A DNA stretch of 63,663 nt, counting the filler, from Basidiobolus ranarum (Eukaryota): NCBI GenBank assembly GCA_040143965.1. It is 47 parts of 47 records of this genome, joined end to end, with 100 filler letters (N's around TTAATTAATTAA, not from the genome) between each part and the next. Parts side by side here need not be neighbours in the genome. Positions count along the whole stretch, not along the records: positions 51,600 to 52,852 come from JASJQH010012689.1; positions 52,953 to 54,205 come from JASJQH010012690.1; positions 54,306 to 55,557 come from JASJQH010012691.1; positions 55,658 to 56,909 come from JASJQH010012692.1; positions 57,010 to 58,261 come from JASJQH010012693.1; positions 58,362 to 59,612 come from JASJQH010012694.1; positions 59,713 to 60,963 come from JASJQH010012695.1; positions 61,064 to 62,313 come from JASJQH010012696.1; 39 more parts are not named here. One strand, written 5' to 3'. Shown one piece after another: positions 51,770 through 63,663 of this stretch (position 1 is its first letter; each line of letters starts with the position of its first letter). Under the pieces are notes generated by a model. That model saw nothing but the letters and a program-made list of their open reading frames with translations, was not told where the DNA came from and did no database searches. The translations under genes and the position numbers were made by a program.

Positions 51770-52428
51770 AGAAGACCTGCTATTTTTGTCACAAATTCTT
51801 GTGCTATGAAAGCCAGGGGCTTCATAGAAAAAATAATCACAAGCACAGGCACTGTACAAAGCCACCAGCTGCACAAAGCCTGGTGTATAACTACAGTATT
51901 AAGTACACTAAGTTGACTTTGGTTTTGCCAGTTCAGTTCACTGACTGTAGTTTGCCTCAAAATTTTGGTAACACTGGGCAAACTCAAGATGCTATGGAGT
52001 TACCACAGGTATATGACCAGAATGATGTAGGTCAAAATACAGCTTTGGTCAAACCAATAGGTCCAGACAGCTTTGAGGACCTGCTGCTATATGTTGACCT
52101 TGGTTATTCCAGCACCAATGGTAGTATATCAGAAGTTGAAGAAGAAGACAACAGTTTTGTTACAGGCTCTTTATTATTGGGAAACATTAGTCCACTCATA
52201 ACACTTAGATTAAAGGATGCAACTTTGATTGATGATAAGTGGAGAGTACAATCCAATCTGAGCAACCAGGTGTTTATTGGTTTTCTTACACTTTTAGCAC
52301 AGTTGATTGGCAACTGTTGCTTGCCACAGACCTGTTACTAGTGGAAAACACTAGTCAGTTATATGACTTATAATCCTTCAGTAATTAAACTACCTTCATG
52401 TCCAAATGGTTGTTTGGCTTTCACCAGT
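51770..52428 (+). mobile_element. CACTA transposase N-terminal region, interrupted at 52429 by terminus A of another copy
   Basis: The CYESQ... ORF continues to SCPNGCLAFT. Related pieces at 54485..55472 and 59146..59612. Confidence 0.75.
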
Positions 52429-54484
52429 CTCTAACAAAAATAAAATCAATTTGATCTGGATTGGATCCACTCTCCAAAAGAGCAAAACCATCATAGAGCC
52501 ATCATAATATTGGTGGCTTGCATTCTGCCAGGGATTTTGATGATGTGCTGGTGGTTTCTTGATGGTATTTTAACAATATTCATACATGTTAAAATATTCA
52601 ACCTCAAATTTGGCATGCTTTATTCAATATCTCGCAATTTTTGAAAAAATATAATTTTTGAATGGCATATTATTGGGTTTACTGCTGTAGGAATTCAAAT
52701 TATCATACATGCCTTGAATTAGATATTTTAGGCTTTATATTCCAGCCATAATGAGAATCAAAAACCACAAGAATCTTGCTGTGTTTAGTCTCTACATATG
52801 CACATACTTGACTGATTAGACATAACTCAACAACATCAATATGCTTTACCAGNNNNNNNNNNNNNNNNNNNNNNNNNNNNNNNNNNNNNNNNNNNNTTAA
52901 TTAATTAANNNNNNNNNNNNNNNNNNNNNNNNNNNNNNNNNNNNNNNNNNNNTGACAAATTAGTGTTCAAGTGGTAATTGTGTAAAATTTGAGTTATGTT
53001 TTCTGCACATGTGTTGAGCCATAGTTCTCTGAGATTTTAGCCAATCATTCGCAACTATTTTGCGAGATCTTGAAATTTCACTTCTGAAACTGAAAAAATT
53101 GATTAAAATCAAATCTAACTTGATGATTTTATGATGGTAAGTAAACTGTCAATCCCAAATGGATTAAAATTGTGATGGTTTTCCTACAATAACAATCCCC
53201 AAATTTCTGTTTGGGATTGTATGTACAGCATACTAAAGCTCTGGTGTCATAGTTGAGTGACTCTTTAGCAGTTGACTAGTTGTTTCAGAACACTGCATTA
53301 ATTGCAATATTGCAACATTTTTGCCTTTCATGGCCTCTATAGCAACTTTGCAGCTTTTACTTCAATTGCTTAAAAATCATCATGGTGTTCTGCCTGAGAT
53401 TCCCTTGTTGTAATAATTGTGTTCAAATTTTTTTAGAAGGGTGTTCAACAGCTGTGAAAGTAGCCCTTTTGGAAGTTGATGGTCTTGAAGGTGTTTCTGT
53501 TGGAATTTGCTCAGCTGTTGCTTTACTACATTAATGGGAGATTACAATCTCTTCACTCGCACTACTGCTGGGAAGGTACATATCTGCCAAGTTGATTAAT
53601 ACTTCATCATTGCTTGAATTAACTTTGTGCATGCTAATGCCTTCTGAACAGTATACTGTAGTGCTAGACTGCTCATCAATTAAGTCCTCTGTTCTTGCTG
53701 TTTTTTTCTTTTTGTTCCAGCAGGCTTTTGCTTGGAAACTGATTTTGATTTAGATTTCCATAGCTCTTGAGTGGCATTGAGACTTTCAGATGGTAAACTT
53801 ATTGGCAAAATATGGGCTGTTTGGAGGACACAAACACTTAATTTGCATTTTATACCACTTTTTAAATTTGTAGCACCTTTGTGCTGCACAGGTTACATAG
53901 CCCAAAAGTTTATTTTAAGGACTATTTTGTTGTTTGTATATAAATAAACATGTATGGAGCTTAGTGCTAGTAGTATGTCAATATTTGTAAAACATGAGTA
54001 GAAAGCTTTTATCAATACTTTCTATTGGGAAAATATGGGCTGTTTGGAGGAACTTTAGAAAAGTGGAGTTGTGAATAGCTTTGTGAGATAATTATTTATT
54101 GACCAGAAATTAAGCATTTATACTTTTTGGTGGAAATACAGAAAACTAACACTGGGGTTGTGTTCAGAACATCTGTGGGAGTAAAATGAGCTATCTTTGG
54201 GGCAANNNNNNNNNNNNNNNNNNNNNNNNNNNNNNNNNNNNNNNNNNNNTTAATTAATTAANNNNNNNNNNNNNNNNNNNNNNNNNNNNNNNNNNNNNNN
54301 NNNNNCCCAAAGATAGCTCATTTTACTCCCACAGATGTTCTGAACACAACCCCAGTGTTAGTTTTCTGTATTTCCACCAAAATGTATAAATGCTCAATTT
54401 CTGGTCAATAAATAATAATCTCAGAAAGCTATTCACAACTCCACTATTCTAAAGTTCCTCCAAACAGCCCATATTTTCCCAATA

Positions 54485-55472
54485 GAGGCTTCATAGAAAA
54501 AATAATCACAAGCAGAGTCACTGTACAAAGCTACTAGCTGCCCAAAGCCAGGTGAATATCAACAATAATAAGTGCACAAAATTGACATTGGTTTTGCCCA
54601 CTGAGTCCCCTCACTGTACTTTGCCTCAAAGTTTTGGTAACACTGCCAAAAGGCAAGTTACCATGGAGTTATCACAGTTATATGACCAGAATGATGTAGA
54701 TAGAAATGCAACCTTAGTCAAACCAGTAAGTCAAGACAACTTTGAGGACATGCTGCTAGATATTGAACTTAGCTATTCCAGTACTGATGGTAGTATATCA
54801 GAAGTGGAAGAAGAAGACCATGGTATTGTTATAGACTCTTTGTTATTGGCAAGCAATAGTCCACTCATAACACTTACAGTAAAGGAAGCAGCTTAGGTTA
54901 TTGAGGAGTGGAGAGTTTAATTTAATCTTAGCAACCAGGTGTTCATTGGTTTTCTTAAACTTTTATCACAGTTGATTGGCAACTGTTGCTTGCCACAGAC
55001 CTGGTACAAGTAGAAAAGACTTTTCCATTGTATGACTTTTAATCCTTCAGTATTTAATCTACCTTCATGTCCAAATGCTTGTTTGGCTTTCACCAGTGAT
55101 CTGAAAAACCTGAAGTCATAAACTGTTTGAACATAATTGGCATTCACTTAATCAGGTAAATATTGTTCATGTTTGGCTTACATACCATTGATTCCTTATC
55201 TGAAAGTTTTGATGAAATTACCCAAATATAGAGCATTGATCTAATACCAAAGTACTCACCATAAAGCTGATGGTATCACCAATCCACTTGATGGATATCA
55301 CTACTAAAATCTGAAAAGTCAAGGTTTCCTTGCAAACATGTATGATCATGCATTTGCATTGGCTCTGGATGATTTCTCACTAAACAAATATATCATTGGA
55401 AAGGCTTGCTGGCCAATAATTTTAATTAACTTGAATCTTCCCCGTTCTGAACAGTATAAGAGTCATAATATT
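54485..55472 (+). mobile_element. CACTA transposase, N-terminus through the tnp2 domain, degenerate
   Basis: Bridges the CYESQ/HCTK region to YIPLIP...ACWPIILINLN (homologous to 25858..26170). Confidence 0.82.
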
Positions 55473-55657
55473 CCCTAACAAAAATAAAATCGATTTGATC
55501 CGGATCGGATCCACCCTCCGAAATAGCAAAACCGTCAGAGAACCGTCACAATATCGTNNNNNNNNNNNNNNNNNNNNNNNNNNNNNNNNNNNNNNNNNNN
55601 NTTAATTAATTAANNNNNNNNNNNNNNNNNNNNNNNNNNNNNNNNNNNNNNNNNNNN

Positions 55658-56402
55658 GGCATCAACTCACATTGTCAGATTTCTAGCAGAATCATAAAAC
55701 ATACAAAGATTTTGTAACTGGACATATAAAGCTTTATAAATGGTTCAAACAAGATAGACTGAACATATGCTGATATTCAATGTATTGCCTGCTGCTTCTT
55801 TCACAATGCTTGGAGATTATAGGCCCTAGCTATACATTATGGGGCATAATTACGGTGATATGATGCTCCATGTGAAATTGTCAGTATTACCAGACTATAT
55901 TATCCTTTTAACACGGGGCACTCTTAAATATAGTCATGGGTTATGAATTGTCTGAACACGAGAATAGTAACAAAACCCTAATCAAAGACACAAACTACAT
56001 ACCTCTTTGTTGCAGACTACTTTGTTTGCGAGATAATCTGACTGTATTGCCAGGAAAGCTGCAACATAGACTTCTTGTTGAGATAAATCAAGATATGCAG
56101 TATTATCATCTTAGCCATAGGGTAATCACTTCAAGCAATGACTGATCTAGTTATGGCTGGACATTTGTTGACTGAAAGTTGTGGATATCTTGGATGAATT
56201 GTTTATGGGAATTTGAAAAATTGAAGTACTTATTCTATTTTTCAATGGTAGCAAGAGTCTGATATTTACCAATTGTCAATGCTACTCTAAATTTTAGATA
56301 TTCATCAGTTTTTCCACTGTGAGCTTGCAGGTAAAGCATAGTGATGTTCTTGAGTTATGTCTGATCAGTCATGTATATGCATAGGTCAGGACTGAATACA
56401 AT
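55658..56402 (+). mobile_element. Diverged CACTA transposase C-terminal region running into terminus-A-like sequence
   Basis: 55658..55840 matches 26924..27105. 56160..56400 resembles the reverse complement of 3730..3960. Confidence 0.6.
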
Positions 56403-56909
56403 AGACTTGTTCCATTTTATTGAGCCAGATCAGGCCAGCTAAAAAGTGTGCCAGCACAAAATGGCATGATTGGGCACTATCCGGCACGATGTTATTTACC
56501 ATTTTGGAAACAGTTTATTTTACTTGTGTGGTATGTTTAAGAAAAGTACTTCTAGACATTATTGCACATTCAAAAGATAATGAAAGCTTTATTCATAGTG
56601 TCTTAAGTCTAGAGTTCTCAATGGATATCTTTGAGTATAGATGTATTGAGAATTAATCAAGATTTTGACTGCTTTGCCTAACTTTGATTGATGCCCAGAA
56701 AATGATTTTCCTCTATACTTTCCTGCTTCAATGCTATATCTACAATGTTATATCTCTTTAGGAAACCAAAGCTATGTTCTACTCTTGCTCTAAAATGAGA
56801 AAAAATGTCATTATAAAGCTTTTGCCTCTCTGTGAGTATCCCTCCTCTGGGCCTCTTGTAAGCAGTGACACATCCTAGCCTTCTGCATTCTTCCCCAACA
56901 TATGCCAAA
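56403..56909 (-). mobile_element. PIF/Harbinger (IS5-like, DDE_Tnp_4) transposase C-terminal fragment plus element end
   Basis: AYVG...YKRPRGGILTERQKLYN..FS..RARVEHSFGFLK. A terminal AGACTTGTTCCAT lies at 56403. Confidence 0.75.
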
Positions 56910-59713
56910 NNNNNNNNNNNNNNNNNNNNNNNNNNNNNNNNNNNNNNNNNNNNTTAATTAATTAANNNNNNNNNNNNNNNNNNNNNNNNNNNNNNNNNNN
57001 NNNNNNNNNATTTGCTGGTGTTTTGGCTTGTTGAGAGGTGCCAGGTGTTGGATAAACTTCTGAATTTAGCACTCTTCCAACTGGTGTACCTGGTTCCATG
57101 GTGAAATTAAGCTTTTTTGCAGGTATATATGACTCTGGAAATGCAGATCTTTGTAATGGTGTGAAGAATTTGGTAAGTGGAAAGTAGAGCCTAAGCTCAC
57201 TGGCTCCTTTGCTTTTCCCTTGGGTTTACTAACTTCCTGCTCCTTCAGTACTTCTTAGCTGCTTTTCTCTTGTTTCCAAGACAATAATTGCATACATTTT
57301 TGAGATGTTTCATGAATAGTCCTATACTAGCCCAATTACCATTTGCTGGCAAAAACCCAGGATAAGCCACATGAAATAATTCAAGAACCTTCAGAGTAAC
57401 AACTGGTTTTTGGTTTTTCAATGATTAACTCATATCAGGAAGATTTTGGGCAAGATTCAGCACAGTTTCCAAAATGTTAAACCACTCATGATCAGAGGAA
57501 GTGATGGCAGCTCTGACATTCAGAGTCTCTTTGCTTTCCAGCTTTTCTATGAGATTTCTACTTTCATGTGCCCAAGCAATTTTGGGTTGTTGTGTAGGCT
57601 TGATGGGCAACCACATATTCTGCTATGCTAGATTTTCATGATGATGTTGTAGCGTGGGATAGGCAGGTTAACTTAAATATTCAGTAATAAAGCACAATTT
57701 CACTACAAATCTCCAGCAAAGCTGTATTTTTTATACTGGAAGCTTAAAAATATTGATAGGAGATATATTCTTCACTCTATCTTTAAAAGGCAAAGACACA
57801 CTTTAGTATCAATAGCTTGAAGACTTTACAAGAAAAGATTATTTTGGATTATAGAACTATCAAGAATCCGGAATACCACTAGGGTAGATTACAACTTCAT
57901 AGTTGTTACTTATGATGGCATATCTATCAAACACAAAATACAGCTCAAGCTGATGACTCAATGCAAATTGATGGAACTTGCTTCAGAAAGCTTACCCGTG
58001 AGGAGAAATATCAATGCTGTAGTTGTTTTTAGGGTGTAAGCAGTAACTATAACTGTAATATCCTAAGGGTTTTGTGAGGTGTTCAAAGGGTGCAATAACC
58101 GCAATTGAATCACTCTGGGGTGTATGGTAATATGGGTCTGTCTCTTGCCTCTTGGGTCTTTGTGAAAGGGAATCAAGCCTCTAGAAATGTCTAAGGACTG
58201 ATAAACCACAATGCAATGTCCAGCTTTCTGTTGAATAATATGCTGGCGCCTGACAAAAGAANNNNNNNNNNNNNNNNNNNNNNNNNNNNNNNNNNNNNNN
58301 NNNNNTTAATTAATTAANNNNNNNNNNNNNNNNNNNNNNNNNNNNNNNNNNNNNNNNNNNNGTTATTGAATAACACATGCCAAATTTGAGGATCAATATT
58401 GTAACATGTATTAATACCATCAAGATGCCGTCAAGAAACCGCCGTCATACCATCAAAATCCCAGGCAGCATGCCAGCCAGCAATATTGTGAAGGTTCTCT
58501 GATGGTTTTGCTATTTTGGAGGGTGGATCCCATCTGGATCAAATTGATTTTATTTTTGTTAGGGCATAATATTGCAACTGATGCAGCAATCTGAAGCAAC
58601 CGGTCAACAGTAGAGAGTCACTGAACAATGATAAAAGATCTTCAGAATGCTGTACTTGATCTCCAGCAACATGCTGCTCCCTTGGGCCATGTTGGGCACC
58701 AACATAAAATGTTTTTTAACTTATGCCATATACATAAAACTTGCACAAATTTCTGTTCAGTATATCATCATCACTAACTAGTCATCTGACCTTAACCAGT
58801 GACCCAATCTTGTGACCTATCACATGACTAACTATATATTCTCTCATCCCTTCTATTAGATCATACGACCAATCACATGAACATTATCCAATCAGTATTA
58901 ACCTCTGAGTCATCTATCTGGACACATGTCAATACAAGTCAAAAGATTCATAACCAATGATCTCTCACTGCTCAGACTTCAGCTGATACATGACTCACTT
59001 ATCTATCTATCTATCTATCCAATCATATTGTTTTTATCAGAATTAGTCATCTAATATGTAGGTGCTGGCTAATTGACTTTGCTATCAAAAAATATAACTA
59101 TAGCTGACTGAACCTTTTGGTTTAGTCTGTATCTTAACAAATATAGGACTTGGTGGTTCAACCAAAGTTGCATTTCTACCTATATCATTCTGGTCATATA
59201 ACTGTGGTAACTCCATGGTATCTTCACTTTTGGCAGTGTTACCAAAACTTTGAGGAAAAGTATACTCAGTGGACTCAATGGGCAAAACTAAAGTTGATTT
59301 AGTGCACTTATTACGGTTGTTATACATCAGGCTTTGTGCAGCTGGTGACTTTGTACAGTGACTGTGCTTGTAGTTATTTTTTCTCTCATGCCCCCAGCTT
59401 TCATAGCACCAGAGTTTGTGACAATAATAGATAGCAGGGCCTCTTTAAATGTTTGTGTTAAGGCATGAGCAGGATATTGTAGAAAAAAGAACATCTCCAA
59501 TGTAAGGATGGTATTTTAGGTATAGCCCATCAATATCATCAGCTGATTCTGAGATAGTATAACCAATGAGTCATCAGGGGATTTACAAGATATTTCAGGT
59601 AATCGATGGCAANNNNNNNNNNNNNNNNNNNNNNNNNNNNNNNNNNNNNNNNNNNNTTAATTAATTAANNNNNNNNNNNNNNNNNNNNNNNNNNNNNNNN
59701 NNNNNNNNNNNNT

Positions 59714-59887
59714 GGGCTTTGGATATTCTATAGAAAACCAGTAGCTTCTCCAGAAGTAATTCACAAAGTTAGAAAAATAGCTCAAGAAAAAGGCTGGGAT
59801 CTGAGAAAACTAAAACCTGTTACTCAAAAGGGATGTAAATATCTTTCAGATGGCATCATTGAACCTCCAAATCGTTCCAATCCTTGA
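59714..59887 (+). CDS. Lipocalin-like protein, C-terminal 57 aa (not in the ORF track)
   Basis: GLWIFYRKP...IAQEKGWDLRKLKPVTQKGCKY matches the lipocalin SCR3/helix/terminal Q.GC pattern. Confidence 0.6.
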   Translation, partial: GLWIFYRKPVASPEVIHKVRKIAQEKGWDLRKLKPVTQKGCKYLSDGIIEPPNRSNP

Positions 59888-60487
59888 ATCAACCCAGTGG
59901 TTTTACCAGAAGTAAATATCAATTTCAATATCACGTAATTCAAGGTAACTTACAGTTAGCGACTCTCAAATTATTTGCCACATTATTAAATCTCAAATTG
60001 ATTGACTTGGTTCCGGTAATTATTTCAGTTTGGGGCGGTTAACTATCTAAATCGGTTTACATTCAGTTTACAAAGCTAATATATAAATATAAAAGAAGCA
60101 GATATCATTCAAGCCACTTGTGATTATATTAGTGTTCACTCCTATGATGCACCCAGAGTGGACTTAGGGTTAGGTAAATTATATTAATGTTTCCCATATA
60201 TTTCACACTAAAACCTGGTGTTGATAGGAATATGCGGTTACTCCGCTTATGTATAAAGGAAAGGCAAGAATTAATTATTTTAAATTTAGAAAACATCTCT
60301 AGATATTCCTGATGAGCGAACTACTTGTTAAATGTAGAAATGGAAGCATCTGCTCTCTATTCTTTAAAAGCAGAACTTATACTATTTGCTATATACTGTA
60401 CATGTATTGATTTGATTTGATTCCTGTTTGAGTACCATCATTCCCATCTATTGAGCAACATTATTATTATTACTGGAACAATTTTAT

Positions 60488-60669
60488 GGACTTGTTCTCT
60501 GTGATAGTACCAGATTGTGCTGTATATATCATATTGGATAAACTATTTTAAAATTTATGCGGCACAATTTGGCACTATCCATCACCCTCTGGCATGATCA
60601 ATTTCAATCACATTTACTCTAATATATTGATTCAAGGTCCGATAAATCCTAGCACAATGGAACAAGTCC
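60488..60669. mobile_element. MITE, 182 bp, TIR GGACTTGTTC, flanked by TAT on both sides
   Basis: TAT|GGACTTGTTC...GAACAAGTCC|TAT. A second copy is at 51600..51767, and related ends are at about 43657 and 56403. Confidence 0.75.
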
Positions 60670-62195
60670 TATATTTATATCTATATTGTGTTGAAATTAG
60701 CTTTATCCAAACACCTATATAGTCTTATATAGCTTAGTATTTTGTTTTCTTATATTGAACTAAGATATCTCCCATTATTCTCATGAGGAATTTACTTAAA
60801 AGTTTGAAGATATATAGATTTTTCAAAGAGGTCCCAAACTTTGTACACATGTTCCTGGGACCTTCCTTAACACATTCTACACATTAGTTTGTCTATATCT
60901 TGACAAAACTATAAATGTCAGCGTTCAACTCAATGAATCAATAAGTGGGAACCACCAAAATCTNNNNNNNNNNNNNNNNNNNNNNNNNNNNNNNNNNNNN
61001 NNNNNNNTTAATTAATTAANNNNNNNNNNNNNNNNNNNNNNNNNNNNNNNNNNNNNNNNNNNNTTCCTTCTGGTGATGAAGCGTCTCTATGTTTGCTCGA
61101 TTGAAAGCAAAGTGCAAGGCTAGGTGCCAGTGATAACTCTTGGACATGTTAGCGAGTCTTGCTATTGTCCAAGACAACGAATTTTGAACTTTGACCTTCA
61201 GGTTTCATCCTTAACTGAGGCTGAAAGCGAATTGTTGCATATTTTTTCTTAAAATGTTACGATATGAATACTACTACGGTTTGTGATGCAGCAATGGTGG
61301 GCTCTAGGCAATGCTAGTGAACTGTTTGAGCCAATACCATTTCGAGGGAAAAAAGTCTCATATAACTCCCTTGCGTTGTTTGTTCCAGTAGCCTTTACCC
61401 AACTTCACGTAACATATTAATGACACTAGGCCACGTGTGTACCATTCTATGTCACTCCTGTTGCTACGAACAAGCATTGAAGCCCCCTCTTTCACATAGA
61501 AGGCCAATTTACTATTAAACTGTCACCACTTTCACATTGCATCAAACTGATTCGATTTTGGCGCCATTCATTTACAAATTGTGATAAATTGATAATCACC
61601 AAACTAGGTAGATTCAATCTTCTGTAAGGTATAGTTTACTTTCAAGTAGATGATGGACCGAGTATGCCACTGATTTCAAATTTAATTTTATAATAGTGGC
61701 AATTTCAATTCTGTTTGGCATTGGTGATGAAGGCAATATTTTCAAAATACTTCTTTGAAATAAACATGCTGTACGAGTGGCTTTTATGGCTGATTATGGA
61801 TTTAAACCAGTTGCCCTACATTTAACGGTACTCCTAACATCAAATATATTGATGGCGAGTAGCTTTGTTTACTTGACTCAAAAATGAATGCTGTTGAAGT
61901 TAATACAGTCAGCCTATGAGTCATTCTTTTGCATAGCTAAATATAGGTGCCTAAGAGTACAAACTAAAAATCAGTTTGGACACAGATAAACAAGGCTTCC
62001 AGTGCAAAAGGGTCAGCAGGCTCCTTTTCATCATGAGAAAACTATTGGTCAAGCTCCCTGCCTTCCAGCTGTGGAAATATTTTGGGAATCTGTTGGAAGC
62101 GGTTTGGAGAACTAGAAAGAGTTCATGGTTTTCATTTTTGTCAGGAGAGAAGCAAACAAATGTATAGAATATTGAACTTATTTAGGGAGAAATAA

Positions 62196-62268
62196 TGGTC
62201 TGGCTAGGATTTGAACCTGGGACCTCCTTCACTCTAGCAAGGAGCTCTAACCACTGAGCTACCAGTCC
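62196..62268 (-). tRNA. tRNA-like sequence in LTR (third copy; LTR part 62170..62313)
   Basis: Same 73-nt unit and flanks as 50435..50507. Confidence 0.82.
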
Positions 62269-62413
62269 TTGTATGCTATGCCTATATTGCTAGGGAATCT
62301 GAACCTAGTCTGTNNNNNNNNNNNNNNNNNNNNNNNNNNNNNNNNNNNNNNNNNNNNTTAATTAATTAANNNNNNNNNNNNNNNNNNNNNNNNNNNNNNN
62401 NNNNNNNNNNNNN

Positions 62414-63663
62414 GAATTTCGATTTTGAGTCCGCGAAGACACGATTCCAAACGCGTTTTCGCTTGTATGGACCGGAAGCGACCGTTGCGGCCTCAACTTT
62501 AGAGACAAAAGATGTTCTAAATAGATATCTACCACTGCTCAATGAGACTTTGCAGCAACTGTTGATGGAGGTTGCAGAGTTCAAAACAACATTTCAGGAC
62601 ACTATGGCAAGAGTAATCAACAGAGGTGTAAAGAGAAAAGCAAGACAATTTATTGAATCAGAAGATATTCCAAAGGCAAATTGGAGCAGTCTAGACCGTT
62701 GCAGAGACATACTAGATCAATTCAAATCAAAGAGACTTCTGACAAGGTATCTATTTCACAAGAAGAATCTACACAACTCACCACTAGAATTGAGGTGACA
62801 CTTGCAACAAGGGCAAGAGCCCAACAAATTGGTTCATCAGCTAGTAGTACACATCAACAGCAATGCCAGCTTGGAAGAGTCCATGATGTTTCTCCCATTT
62901 TTGATGAAGAACAAGCAGTTGATGAAGAACCAGAAAGACAATGGCCCGCATTCTCAAACATTGTACCGTTCATTTTACCTGATTCAACCCAACCAACCAG
63001 TGAGCATTTTACATCCAGAGAAGAGTCAGCTCCAAGGAGCATGCCACTAGAGAGACATAACAGTTTAATGTGCACTATTGTGCAATAGCAACAAAGGCCA
63101 ACCACAAGAATTATTGAATCTTCCACTTTGTTGGATGAAGATCTGACACCTGAGAGCAATCTACTAAGACAGCAATCCGTTACAACAAATACCACCACAA
63201 GACCAATACAACGGGTGTTTGAGAGAGATAGTGAAGCTCTTACTGAGCTTAAAGAAGCCATAACAGTTGAGCACAAACCTCAAGGTAGACAATTTGCTCC
63301 AATATGTTCTGCCATGCAACAGAGGTCACGGCAGCCAGTCAAAAGAGATGAAGCTTCTACCATGGTTGAAGAAGCAATAACAGTTGAGCACAAACCTCAA
63401 GTGAGACATTCCAGGTTGATGTGCAGAGCTGCGCACCAGCAGCAATGACTTGTTGACTCATTAAGTGAAGGCTTCACATCTGAAGAAGAGACTATAGCTA
63501 CAAACAAACCACAAACTAGACCGGACAAGCCAATGCATACCAAAGCACATTGACCTCAAGCCACAACTCATGCTGGCCAAGGTAGAGGAACTTCAGCAGG
63601 ATCAAACCAACCAACTCAGTGCAGAGGTTCAAGCAAAGTTCCTTCCGTGGAAATATCAAGGAG
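62414..63663 (+). repeat. Unclassified repeated element with broken ORFs and internal ~117-bp repeats
   Basis: EAITVEHKPQ is repeated. 63325..63433 is homologous to 37683..37790 on the opposite strand. Confidence 0.5.

Noticed and set aside
58999-59019. (TATC)n microsatellite
   Set aside because: Only about 5 units inside an LTR-like repeat; unremarkable.
61064-62060. Possible host gene or remnant in CpG-containing unique sequence
   Set aside because: No ORF or motif I can support; left unannotated, as were 8730..9448, 31284..32050, 33996..34800 and 38500..39316.
1266-62413. Regularly spaced TTAATTAATTAA motif, and ORFs ending in XXX..LIN
   Set aside because: Assembly linker between unrelated contigs; not biological.

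Overview
This window is not a contiguous locus. It is 47 short contigs (about 1250-1265 bp, sorted by decreasing length) joined by 46 artificial 100-bp linkers (N44-TTAATTAATTAA-N44), so adjacency across a linker carries no meaning. The DNA is from an AT-rich, repeat-rich fungal genome; an early-diverging lineage such as Basidiobolus is plausible, but that is inference only. Most contigs are decayed, CpG-depleted, nested transposable elements: several Ty1/copia and Ty3/gypsy families with their LTRs, one abundant CACTA/EnSpm-like DNA transposon that can be pieced together across contigs, and a PIF/Harbinger-like transposase with a matching MITE. Host gene fragments include a bacterial-type NRPS module, an ammonium transporter, an alkaline phosphatase, a PDK/BCKDK-type kinase and a lipocalin-like protein. 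One contig looks mitochondrial (GC clusters), and another is an 84-bp tandem array. The most striking observations are: (1) an LTR family carrying a 73-nt tRNA-like Pol III unit just upstream of a copia-type PBS, in three copies; (2) an NRPS adenylation domain that appears to retain only the stub of a deleted N-methyltransferase; (3) a GTPase-like gene fragment inserted inside the CACTA element.
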